Part shown: positions 41,519 through 51,300 of the stretch, in pieces
How the letters are laid out: each line of letters opens with the position of its first letter
How positions within the stretch are numbered: the first letter of the stretch is position 1
Assembly: GCA_902779645.1 (NCBI GenBank)
Contig: CACZCH010000011.1
Location: 7,587-71,586 of the forward strand
Reading direction: 5' to 3'
Source of the DNA: an uncultured bacterium
GTDB lineage: Bacteria > Cyanobacteriota > Vampirovibrionia > Gastranaerophilales > Gastranaerophilaceae
DNA length: 64,000 bases
The notes under the pieces: generated by a model
The model's input: the letters and a program-made list of their open reading frames with translations, nothing else
What the model was told of the DNA's origin: nothing
The model's database searches: none
Translations under genes and position numbers: made by a program

Positions 41519-42550
41519 TTACACCTCGACCTTATCTATATCTGTTTCATTATTAGACGCGTGCCTTTGGATTTCTAAAATATCACCAATTAGCATATAA
41601 ACGTGCATAAAGCATCTTTCTGCTTCTTCTTTATCTACATTCGCATGAGTTCCTTTGCATGTTTCGTCTAATATATTATCTAATCTTGTTCCTATATATT
41701 CAATATTAGAATTAGTTATTTTATCTAATGTCTTATGCGTAGAATTTTCTTCAATGTAGCATACCAACCTATTAATAAACTGTTCCTCTCCCAAATTTAT
41801 TTCTACTTTTCCTTTTTTAATAGTTTTGTCAGTGGGAGGATATAATTTATCAGCAACTGCCTTTAACATTCTGCGACAAGTCGTTAAAGCATTTGACCAT
41901 TTTTCTGGATTATCATCATTTAAACTATCATATATGGCCGTTAGTTTTTGAGTTTCTTCTGGAAGTATGCTACTTATATAAGAATCTATTCTGCTTTTCA
42001 TTTTTAACCAAATTGATTCAGTTAATGAACTAAATTTTAAATCCATGTATATTTTTTTTACATTGCTATATATAAATCTAGTTCTTTCTGCTAAAAGTAT
42101 TGTATCCTCATTTATACTTGTTAAACGGACTTTTCTTTCACCAGCATTTGTAGGTGGTAATGTTATACTTTGATAAGGATTTGCAGATGATATTGATATA
42201 TTACGGTCATGTGCTTGTTCTAATGCTATCTTATTCGCTTCAATCCTATGTTCAATAGTAGTAATTGCGTAGCAACTCATAACTTCTTTATCATCTGAAT
42301 TAGTACTAACTCTGCCTGCTTTTACACCTAATCGCCATATATCTGGAGCAATTCCGTTTTTACCCTTTGTATATCCACCTGCTTCATATTCAAATATTTT
42401 TTCTAAATCAAATTCATTTACAAGTCTTGCTAACCTACTTGCTTTTAATGCAACGTTTGCCATAGGAAGTCTTGATAATTCAATATCGTCAAGCGTTTCC
42501 TTGGCTAATAGAAAAGCCTCTTCTTTTATTTCTTGATTATCAATATTCAT
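41519..42550 (-). CDS. AbiTii-like N-terminal domain protein with helical (HEPN-like) C-terminus
   Basis: DIEL.......ALKA.RLA.L......E..GY resembles AbiTii; C-terminal A....RR.L..VAD ... KGTH. Confidence 0.65.
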   Translation of the reverse strand: MNIDNQEIKEEAFLLAKETLDDIELSRLPMANVALKASRLARLVNEFDLEKIFEYEAGGYTKGKNGIAPDIWRLGVKAGRVSTNSDDKEVMSCYAITTIEHRIEANKIALEQAHDRNISISSANPYQSITLPPTNAGERKVRLTSINEDTILLAERTRFIYSNVKKIYMDLKFSSLTESIWLKMKSRIDSYISSILPEETQKLTAIYDSLNDDNPEKWSNALTTCRRMLKAVADKLYPPTDKTIKKGKVEINLGEEQFINRLVCYIEENSTHKTLDKITNSNIEYIGTRLDNILDETCKGTHANVDKEEAERCFMHVYMLIGDILEIQRHASNNETDIDKVEV

Positions 42551-42552
42551 AT

Positions 42553-43719
42553 CTACACCTCCACCTTATCTACATCGATTTCACCATTCATGAGTTTGGG
42601 CAAAAGTGTGTCACGGAGTTGGGTTAAACGTGAGTTTTCTATGTCGTTTGCAAATATTTGTTCAAAGAATGGTTCAACAATATTGTTAAATTTTATATTT
42701 ATATCTTTTGTTGCTATTACTACTTCAGAATTTTTTATTTCTGTTGATGACAAATTTACTTGAACACCACTATTAGCTCTTTTCCTTAAGTCGGTAAGGA
42801 AATCTATACTATTAGTAAGTAAATATATGTAAGGATATGATATGCCATAATCATTCTTACAACGCAATAAGCCTACACGCTGGTTTACAATATATTTATT
42901 ATCTACTTCCATCAGTGCAGTATTCCCCAAAATAGCGACATTATCCTTCATGTCAGTCATAGCCATTAATACATCACCTTTTTTGAGAATATATTTTTCT
43001 AAACCTTGAGTTTTATCTATAGGATACCAACTTTTTGTCCCAGTTGGATTAAACCCACCACCTCTGTTGATATGACCTTGTTTAAAAACATCAAAGCAAT
43101 CGCCCTCTGGACTATTTAATAGTTCACTACTCTTGAAAGCGTAGCCATTTGAAAATTCAACAATATCATCAAGTATCCCAACCTGCCAATCTTCAGGCAT
43201 GGTGCCGCCGAAAGATTCAAAGTCTATAAACCAAGATTTAAATATTGCCTGTGCTTGTTGTTCAAGGTTTTTGTTTATGGAGTTGTTTAATTCGATTTTG
43301 TCATCAATCGAACTCAACACCCTCGCAATCTTCCGCTGTGTTTCTAATGGTGGAAGATTTATTTTTATATTATTTAGTATTTCTTGTGTTAAAAGAGGTT
43401 GCCCCGTACCGATACTTCTTTGATTTAGCCTTAATGATTTCAACAAATAGTATATAAATACTATGTCAGACTCAATTTTATTTTTTGCAACTATAGCATT
43501 ATCTGATACCCAACATTTACCTTTTGAATAATATACACTTCCACAATATGCACCTACACGCCCTATGATAGCACATTCTTCATAATTAGTTTCATTAGTA
43601 TAATTTAATATCCCATTACCACCATATACAGGAATAGCACCTTTTTTATCAGGACGTTTTTTACCATTTTTGAAATCTACATATTTTTCTAATTTACACT
43701 CTTTCCAATCAGAGGTCAT
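42553..43719 (-). CDS. hsdS: Type I restriction-modification specificity subunit
   Basis: Two TRDs with conserved PPLETQRKIA..L..IDDKIELN and L.QLRDTLLPKLM.GEI. Confidence 0.95.
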   Translation of the reverse strand: MTSDWKECKLEKYVDFKNGKKRPDKKGAIPVYGGNGILNYTNETNYEECAIIGRVGAYCGSVYYSKGKCWVSDNAIVAKNKIESDIVFIYYLLKSLRLNQRSIGTGQPLLTQEILNNIKINLPPLETQRKIARVLSSIDDKIELNNSINKNLEQQAQAIFKSWFIDFESFGGTMPEDWQVGILDDIVEFSNGYAFKSSELLNSPEGDCFDVFKQGHINRGGGFNPTGTKSWYPIDKTQGLEKYILKKGDVLMAMTDMKDNVAILGNTALMEVDNKYIVNQRVGLLRCKNDYGISYPYIYLLTNSIDFLTDLRKRANSGVQVNLSSTEIKNSEVVIATKDINIKFNNIVEPFFEQIFANDIENSRLTQLRDTLLPKLMNGEIDVDKVEV

Positions 43720-43721
43720 AA

Positions 43722-44423
43722 TTACACCACCATATCTAATTCTTTTGCTGAAAAGTAAGCCCCATCCAATACAACTGATTCCGTATTAGGTTGTTTTTGG
43801 ATAGTTCTAATTATAGTTCTTTTTGCTTCTTGTGATTTTTTCATATCTATATATTTAATTTTTTCGTTATCATCAGGTATTTTCTTCGTTAGATAGCCAG
43901 TGATACAATCTTTTAGCAATTGCAGGGGCCTATCTTGATATGATTCAGTGGTCTTATTTGTTAAAAATTCTACTATCGGAGTAATTAAATCTACTTCAGC
44001 ACTAGGAAATTTTACTATATTAAATTCCTTTACATTTAAATTGATTCCAAAATTTATGTTAAAACAACCTGGTGTTGCAGATAAGATATGTATTTGTAAA
44101 TTATCAGTATCAAATTTAAACAGGTCACAAAAGTTTTCTGCAATTATTCTAAAACTTTGCACAATACTTATAAAATCTTCATCAGACAAACAATTTGCAC
44201 TTGTGTTTATTTTGAAAGAATAAACATTATCTTTAGTAGAATTCTTTTGATTTTGTATTATATGAAATAATCTTTTTACCGCACGAACTAGATTTGTATC
44301 TTCTTCTGATACATGTACAGTAACCATCCTCATACCGTCTAAATAGTCTTGACTATATATGTTAGGTTCTAAATCACTTTGTGAATTCTTTTTTATAATT
44401 TTATTGAATAAATCTTTTAACAT
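43722..44423 (-). CDS. Hypothetical protein embedded in R-M operon
   Basis: 233-aa ORF, AAGGA SD, 2 bp from hsdS start. Confidence 0.7.
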   Translation of the reverse strand: MLKDLFNKIIKKNSQSDLEPNIYSQDYLDGMRMVTVHVSEEDTNLVRAVKRLFHIIQNQKNSTKDNVYSFKINTSANCLSDEDFISIVQSFRIIAENFCDLFKFDTDNLQIHILSATPGCFNINFGINLNVKEFNIVKFPSAEVDLITPIVEFLTNKTTESYQDRPLQLLKDCITGYLTKKIPDDNEKIKYIDMKKSQEAKRTIIRTIQKQPNTESVVLDGAYFSAKELDMVV

Positions 44424-44450
44424 ACTGATTCCTTTGATAATAAGGCTACT

Positions 44451-45242
44451 TTAGAGGTCATTTTCTTCTACCTCCCATTTCTTTTGTACTTGTTCTTTTA
44501 TCTCTATTTCTAATAATGCTTTTTGTTTTCTTTTTAAACCGAAGTCTATAATCCAAGTATTCAGAATCTCATTTATATATTTTAAATCCACTCTTATTGT
44601 TTTTATTTCCTCTACATCATACTTTTCATTAACCTGTGGATCATTCAACATCTCTAAATAATCTTTTTGTGTTTCATCAAAAATCTTTTTAGCACGAATA
44701 TATCCATTAACGACTTCATCCTTGATTAAATTTTCACATTTATAATATTTTACAAGTGCATTATTTATGTTTATCAGGCTTACAAATAGTTTTGCTAAAA
44801 GTTTTACAGTAGATACTTCTATATGTTCTAATTTTTCTATATAAAGTTTTATCGGGTGATCATAATTTGAAATAATATCCTGTTGCTCACAAATGTAATT
44901 TATATCACTATGAACATAAGTTAATATTTCATAAAGCAAGGGGGAATATTGAGTTAAAAACCCATACTCATCAATATTAAAATTTGAGTCGTTTATAGTA
45001 ATAGGAACCATTGATTTTACTTCTGATTCAGTTAAATTATTTATCTCAGCAACTATATTCTCGTGGTGGTATACAAAAACTTTTATCAATACATTGATAT
45101 CGTAGAAAAGTTTAAGTAATTTTGCTTTTTCAATTTCTTTTTGTTGTTTTTCTGCTTGCTTTAGATTAAAGCAATAGGCGCCCCCAGCACCTGCAAAGGC
45201 ACCCGCTAAAGTTGATATGAAGTTACTCCAATCTATACACAT
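44451..45242 (-). CDS. Hypothetical protein with N-terminal TM helix embedded in R-M operon
   Basis: FISTLAGAFAGAGGAYCF segment then coiled coil; ATG directly follows the hsdM stop. Confidence 0.72.
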   Translation of the reverse strand: MCIDWSNFISTLAGAFAGAGGAYCFNLKQAEKQQKEIEKAKLLKLFYDINVLIKVFVYHHENIVAEINNLTESEVKSMVPITINDSNFNIDEYGFLTQYSPLLYEILTYVHSDINYICEQQDIISNYDHPIKLYIEKLEHIEVSTVKLLAKLFVSLININNALVKYYKCENLIKDEVVNGYIRAKKIFDETQKDYLEMLNDPQVNEKYDVEEIKTIRVDLKYINEILNTWIIDFGLKRKQKALLEIEIKEQVQKKWEVEENDL

Positions 45243-46754
45243 CTACTTCACCTCAAAACCTATTACTGAAAGATTCTTCTTTATTTCATCTTGAAGTTCA
45301 TTCGATTTAGCAAACATTTCTGAAAGTTCAGAGGTTAATCGTTTCATTTTATCTTCAAATGGTTCCCCGTCATCTTCCTGATCTTCTATACCAACATATC
45401 TTCCAGGAGTTAGGATATAATCTTGTTTTGCGATATCTTCTGTAGAAACAACAGCACAGAAACCTTTTACATCCTCTAAAGTTCCCTCTTGAAAAGCCGT
45501 AAAAGTATCAGCTAGTTTATTTATATCATCTTCTGTAAAATCTCTATGCTTTCTATCTACCATATAGCCCATTTTACGAGCGTCTATAAACAGAGTTTTT
45601 CCTTTTTGCTTCTTACCCTTTGTGATAAACCATAGAGTTACTGGTATTGTTACACTATAAAAAAGTTGTGTCGGCAAAGCAACAATACCTTCTATCAAAT
45701 CATCTTCTATAATGCGTTTTCTTATCTCACCTTCACCGCTTGTTTGACTTGATAATGCACCATTAGCCAAAACCAATCCAATCTTTCCATTCGGTGCTAA
45801 ATGGTGTATCATGTGCTGGATCCATGCAAAGTTAGCATTCCCTGCTGGTGGTATGCCATACTTCCAGCGAACATCATCTTGTAACTTATCTTGCCCCCAG
45901 TTTGAAAGATTGAATGGAGGGTTAGCCATAATGAAATCAGCTTTCAATGTTGGGTGAAGATCATTAAAGAAAGTATCAGCATGGCTCGGTCCAAAATTAG
46001 CATCAATACCACGAATAGCCATGTTCATTTTTGCCATTTTCCAAGTATCAGCATTGGATTCCTGACCGTAAACAGAAATTCTATCTCTGTTTCCACTATG
46101 CGCCTGCAAGAATTTTACAGACTGAACAAACATACCTCCTGAACCACAACAAGGGTCGTAAACCCTACAATTATCAAATGGTTTCAAAATAGAAACTAGA
46201 GTTTTAACTATGCTTGACGGAGTATAAAATTCACCGCCCTTTGTTCCTTCATAAGCAGCAAACTGTGCTATACAGTATTCATAAGTTCTGCCCAGCAAGT
46301 CCTTGCTTTCTTCTGTATCGTCCATTTTTACATTATTAGTGAACAAGTCCACAACTTCACCTAAAACTCTTTTATCTAAATCAGGCGAGCCATAATTTTT
46401 AGGTAAAACACCTTTAAGAGATTTATTTTCTCTTTCAATAGCAAGCATGGCTTCGTCAATGACTTTGCCAATCTCAGGAGTATGAGCAGATTCAGAAATC
46501 TTGTTCCACCTTGCTTCTTCTGGCACAAAGAAAATGTTTTCTGCCAAATATGCAATCGGATCGTTTTCAAAACCATCACCCTCTGCCAAAAGTTCTTGAT
46601 ATCTTTTATCGAAAACACTTGAAATATATCTAAGGAAAATCAACCCTACAATAACTTTTCTGTATTCGGCTGCAGGAATATGTCCCCAAAGTACACATGC
46701 AGCATCCCACAATTGCTTTTCAAAACCGATATTAGCATTATTTTTCTCTGCCAT
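45243..46754 (-). CDS. hsdM: Type I restriction-modification methyltransferase subunit
   Basis: GEFYTP, YDPCCGSGGM, ANPPFN, NFAWIQH, LTPGRYVG. Confidence 0.97.
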   Translation of the reverse strand: MAEKNNANIGFEKQLWDAACVLWGHIPAAEYRKVIVGLIFLRYISSVFDKRYQELLAEGDGFENDPIAYLAENIFFVPEEARWNKISESAHTPEIGKVIDEAMLAIERENKSLKGVLPKNYGSPDLDKRVLGEVVDLFTNNVKMDDTEESKDLLGRTYEYCIAQFAAYEGTKGGEFYTPSSIVKTLVSILKPFDNCRVYDPCCGSGGMFVQSVKFLQAHSGNRDRISVYGQESNADTWKMAKMNMAIRGIDANFGPSHADTFFNDLHPTLKADFIMANPPFNLSNWGQDKLQDDVRWKYGIPPAGNANFAWIQHMIHHLAPNGKIGLVLANGALSSQTSGEGEIRKRIIEDDLIEGIVALPTQLFYSVTIPVTLWFITKGKKQKGKTLFIDARKMGYMVDRKHRDFTEDDINKLADTFTAFQEGTLEDVKGFCAVVSTEDIAKQDYILTPGRYVGIEDQEDDGEPFEDKMKRLTSELSEMFAKSNELQDEIKKNLSVIGFEVK

Positions 46755-46912
46755 TTTTAACTCCTTAGATAAAATCCCTGGATTTATTCTAGCATGAAAT
46801 AAGCTTATATTGTAGGATTTGTTTAAGCATTAAATAAAAGCAAAACTTGCATTTTGAATTGTTTTAAAAATTTAGTACTAAATAAGCAGTTTAGGCTTGG
46901 GGGATTTTGGTG

Positions 46913-47263
46913 CTAACATTTTTTCTGACTTAGGATTTTCATCTTACAAAGTATAGAACTAAGTTCAGGGGTTGAGTTGGATTTTAATGTTTGTATAGCG
47001 GAGATCTCGGAGTCGGTAAATTCTACTATCTCCTTCATAGAATAGTTTATAAATCCCCAGCGTTTGATTTTTGAGCCTTCATTAACTACATCAACCTGCG
47101 GAAATGCATCTCTTATTGCTGATATCATTCTTTGAGCTGTGCGGACGCAAACGTTAAATTCTACACAAATATCTTTAATACAGATACCTCTTGGTTCTGC
47201 AAGTAACATATGCAATAATTGCATGAAATCGGTCATTCTTGAATATCTAATAGTATCACTCAT
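46913..47263 (-). CDS. Winged HTH protein resembling the N-terminus of WYL-family regulators, WYL domain absent
   Basis: I.DIC.EF.V..RT.QR.I..I HTH_11/DeoR-like; 116 aa. Confidence 0.65.
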   Translation of the reverse strand: MSDTIRYSRMTDFMQLLHMLLAEPRGICIKDICVEFNVCVRTAQRMISAIRDAFPQVDVVNEGSKIKRWGFINYSMKEIVEFTDSEISAIQTLKSNSTPELSSILCKMKILSQKKC

Positions 47264-47270
47264 TTTTCAC

Positions 47271-47897
47271 CTATAAATTCTCTTTATACATTTTTACTAA
47301 TTTATAGAAAGAAGTTGGCTTTAGTTTTAGTTCTGCCATAGCTTTTCTTGCTGTAATCAAACCATTTTGCCATACTTCATAAATATTTTTCCAATCCTCA
47401 GGATATTTTATCTTTGGTCTGCCTAAGTGTTTACCTTTTTCTTTTGCAATCTTAATTCCTTCTGCTTGTCTTTGTTTGATAAAAGCTCTTTCCTGTTCTG
47501 CTACATAACTCAACAGTTGCAAGACGATATCAGAAATTACTTCGCCGATAAGCCCATCTGTCTTTGTAGTATCAAGGATTGGCATATCAATTACTCTAAT
47601 GTGAGCTTTTATGTCTTTTACTATCTCACGCCATTCTTCACAAATTTGTTTGTAGTTTCTGCCAAGACGGTCAATAGACTTGATTACAAGGATATCTCCT
47701 TCTCTAAGTTGAACCTTTAGAGCTTGATACTGCGGACGGTCAAAATTTTTACCTGAGCACTTATCAACAAAAATATCTCTTTCGTTAATTCCCATATCCA
47801 ACATAGCTTCAAGCTGTCTGTCTTCGTTTTGATCGGTCGTGGATACTCTACAGTATCCAAAAGTTTTTATGTTCGTATTAGCCAAGATTGTCTCCAT
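47271..47897 (-). CDS. Serine recombinase (resolvase/invertase family)
   Basis: GYCRVST.DQN..RQ, SGK...RP, V.SIDRLGRN, R.RQ.EGI..AK..G...GRP, C-terminal HTH. Confidence 0.95.
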   Translation of the reverse strand: METILANTNIKTFGYCRVSTTDQNEDRQLEAMLDMGINERDIFVDKCSGKNFDRPQYQALKVQLREGDILVIKSIDRLGRNYKQICEEWREIVKDIKAHIRVIDMPILDTTKTDGLIGEVISDIVLQLLSYVAEQERAFIKQRQAEGIKIAKEKGKHLGRPKIKYPEDWKNIYEVWQNGLITARKAMAELKLKPTSFYKLVKMYKENL

Positions 47898-48120
47898 ACT
47901 TGAGTTTTAGTCTTTTTATTGCTTACTGTCTTGACACTCTCGCATTAAACGGATATCGCTCACGCTTTCATCCTCTGCTCGAGTGTCGCTCTCAAGTATA
48001 ACGCGCTATTCGTAAAACTCAAGTCTCTTTGTGAACATTCGCAAAATTTTGTAGCAAAACTTTACGAACAGTTTTGGGGGTAAAAATTTAATGTTCTTAA
48101 AGGTACGCTTTTACGAAGAA
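47896..48120. promoter_or_regulatory. Resolvase promoter / putative res site
   Basis: Repeated TTCG(T/C)AAAA and TTTACGAA half-sites; TTGAGT-16-TATACT on the minus strand; three ACTCAAG motifs. Confidence 0.55.
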
Positions 48121-48169
48121 TGATTTGCGGATTTTCTTTAGATTTTTTAATTAAAATAAAGGAGGGCTT

Positions 48170-48397
48170 ATGGAATTAGAATTAATCTATGCTGAAATTC
48201 AGTATGAAAATGCACGATATGACATGGAGTTACACCGATTGGATTTTTGTAAACTAAAAGAAAAATTCCAACACGTACAGAAACTCCAAAAACTTGAACA
48301 GCGGAAGAAAGAGATACTAAAAGAGCAGCTATCCAAATCTGATAAATTATTTTCCTATAAGCCTTTAGAAATTAGTGATTGTAAATGTAATAGGTAA
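48170..48397 (+). CDS. Small coiled-coil hypothetical protein
   Basis: 75 aa, AAGGAGG SD. Confidence 0.65.
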   Translation: MELELIYAEIQYENARYDMELHRLDFCKLKEKFQHVQKLQKLEQRKKEILKEQLSKSDKLFSYKPLEISDCKCNR

Positions 48398-51300
48398 TTA
48401 TCTCAAACGATACATTTCTATTTCAGCTTGTTCTCCTTCTCCTACAACATGCCTGTCTGCATCGTAATCAACATAAACTTCTTGTTCACCCGAGTTTCCG
48501 ATAATCTCCATTGTGTGCGTAGATTTATCGTAAATATCCATGTTCAGCTTATGTCTATTTGGTCCAGCGAAGATTGGTAAATCTGGTTGTCCTATTTCGG
48601 CACAGAGCTTTTTAGCATAATCGACAAATGTATCTCTAATCTTATCGTTGTTTTGATATTTAGTTTTTAGCTCAATATTATCAAGGACAAGAGCTGGTTT
48701 ACCATCAACGTATGCGAGATATATCATTGTATTGCCAACAAAGCTGCCTTTATCAGTAAGTTCTATTGCACCGATACACTTATTCATTATGTATGTAGGA
48801 GCAGACCATTCGTTGAAGTTTCTACCTAAAGCCGTACAACATTGAGCATCGTTACCCAAACCCAATGCTTTCTTTATATCATACATATCGGTTTTTCTAA
48901 CTTCAATTTCTGCCGTTTCACCATCTTTAATACTTGAAGCGTTATCGACTTCTTGTGTTCTCATTTTAATAAGGTGAGTGTACATAGTACCTCTTGCATT
49001 ATCAATTTGAGGGTCATAGTGTTTTTTCGTCCAAAAATCGTTACTTATAACTTCTTTCTTGATTAACGAAACTATATCGTCCATATCTTCAAAAATGATT
49101 GGTTTACCATTTTTATATAAACGATAGTATTCTGTAGAGCCAGCACTAAAGCCATCACCTTCCCAATTATCTTTTTGAGATTTTTCAAACGTAACACCAA
49201 GTTGTTCTTTCAAGTGTTTAAAGATGGGTTCGGTAACCTCTTTGGGTAAAGATTGGAAAAGAGCATCATTCAAGTCTTCTTCTAAGTTATGAATAGCTGC
49301 TTGTTTAGCTTCTTCTGCGTTAAGTTCAATTTCTACTGTTGTATAAGAGTTTTTATCAACCTTAGTAAACTTTTCATAATCAAAACCAAGTTCTTCAAAT
49401 ATGCGTTTTGTTTCTACGTTTTGTGGCATTTGGTCGATTGCTTGTTCAATCGTTAGATTTTGATTATCTCTTACGATTTCAACAAGAGTTTTCATGTTAT
49501 CAAAGAATTCATCACTTGATATGAATAATTTTGATATGTATTTACAATGTATCAAATCTAATTTTTGAGATAGAGCTTCATCATACTCAACACCGAGTTT
49601 CTGATAAATCTTTTTGTTTACAGCCTCATTCCAAATAGCATCATTCTCTGGAGTAGAAGGTTTAATCATATTAATAAAATCTGTTATTTCTTCTTCTGTA
49701 GAGATTTCTGCTAATGCTGAAAGCACACGAAGTTTTGTAACAACTTCTTGTGGTTCAAGACCAGAGTTTTGAAGTAAAAATTCTTTTAATTCTTTCTGCT
49801 TGTTACTTATGTCTTTCATTATTTCTTTTACTTGAGCAGCATTTTCACCTTGATAGTATATAGACTGAGCTTGACTACCAAGAGTTTTTGATTGTTTTTG
49901 AAGTTCTTTTACTTGTTGTTTTACTTCTGGTGTTTCAGCGTTTTCTCCCTGTTTTAATTGCTTAATCTGCTCATCGATTTGAGCCTTTTGAGCTTGCAAC
50001 TCTTTTATACGAGCCAGATTATCAGCTCCGACTACTTCATTGAGCTTTTTCTTTAGTCCTGTAATCTCATTATTAAGTTCTTGGTATCTTTGGCTTGATT
50101 GAGGATTTATTTTTTGTCGTAACAGTTCTTTGTTACCTTCGGATAGAAGTTGTCTATCAAGATTTGCTACTTCTATCATAAATTCTCCAAACTCTTCTAA
50201 CATAAGAGGAAATGCTGCTTCGGTGTTGCCTAAACCAATCAAATCTATCGTGTAAACTGCATCACGTCTGGTCGTAGTGCCTTCAATTTCACCATCTGTA
50301 ATATCTTCAAGTCCAGATTTTAACAAATCTTTGTTCGCAAGTGCATCTTGAATTAATTGTTTATGCAATTCTAAGATATTATCATTTTTTGCCCTTGCAT
50401 ATGATTCTATCATTTCGATACGATTTATTGCTGGTATAGATTTTACATCTTCGTTATTCAGTAATCCACGTTTTATAATATTATCCCAGCAATCAGCAGA
50501 ATAATTAACTAAGTCTGGGTATTTATCAAGTAATCCCTCTTTTAAAGCATTTATAATAGTATCTTCATAACCTATTTTTAGATTTGATATAAGTCGCTTT
50601 ATAAGCAAAGGTGGACAATTTAGTGAGGTATCTGTACATAGTCTTATAGCAAATTTAGCTTTATCTTTATTGCTAGACTCATATTGGCTACTATTATCGT
50701 CTTCTCCTATTTCAAATCCATCTAACCATGAATTTTCATCAGATTTTATAGCTTGTAAAACGTCTGAAATTAGATATTTAGGGAATTTATCATTAGTAAT
50801 TAACACTTTTGCAAGTTCTATATTATTATCATTTATATAGTCAATTACATTCATTACAACATCAAACTCTGTTTCTTGATGGGGGTTTAGTTTGTGTTCT
50901 ATGTAACCCATTATTTTAGTCTTAACATTTGTTCCGTCTAAAGTAGATAGGAAGCTTCTATTGTTTGATAAAGACGATAAAATATTATTATCTATCAAGA
51001 ATTGAGCAAATTCTATTTTTGTATTTCGAGCTTTTCTTGAATTCATACTATTTGTAATTTTATTTAAAAGAGTTTGAAATCTTGAACTGTCTATTCTTTT
51101 ATTTTTATTTTTTAAGTAGAACAGAATACTTGAAGGGTCAATATATGGATTAGAATTTTCGCAAGCGAATTCTACTATTTTAGAAAAATCAATAGGACTT
51201 TTTTCATCTATCTCTTTTAGCTTATTAATAGCAATAACTGCTTGTTCACTCAAATCATATTCTATATCTAAATCTATTCCTTGGCTTTTAGCTTTTTCTT

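Noticed and set aside
47271-47897. Resolvase as the island integrase
   Set aside because: It is a small (208 aa) resolvase type lacking the recombinase and zinc-ribbon domains of large serine integrases, and it lies 13 kb from the att site.
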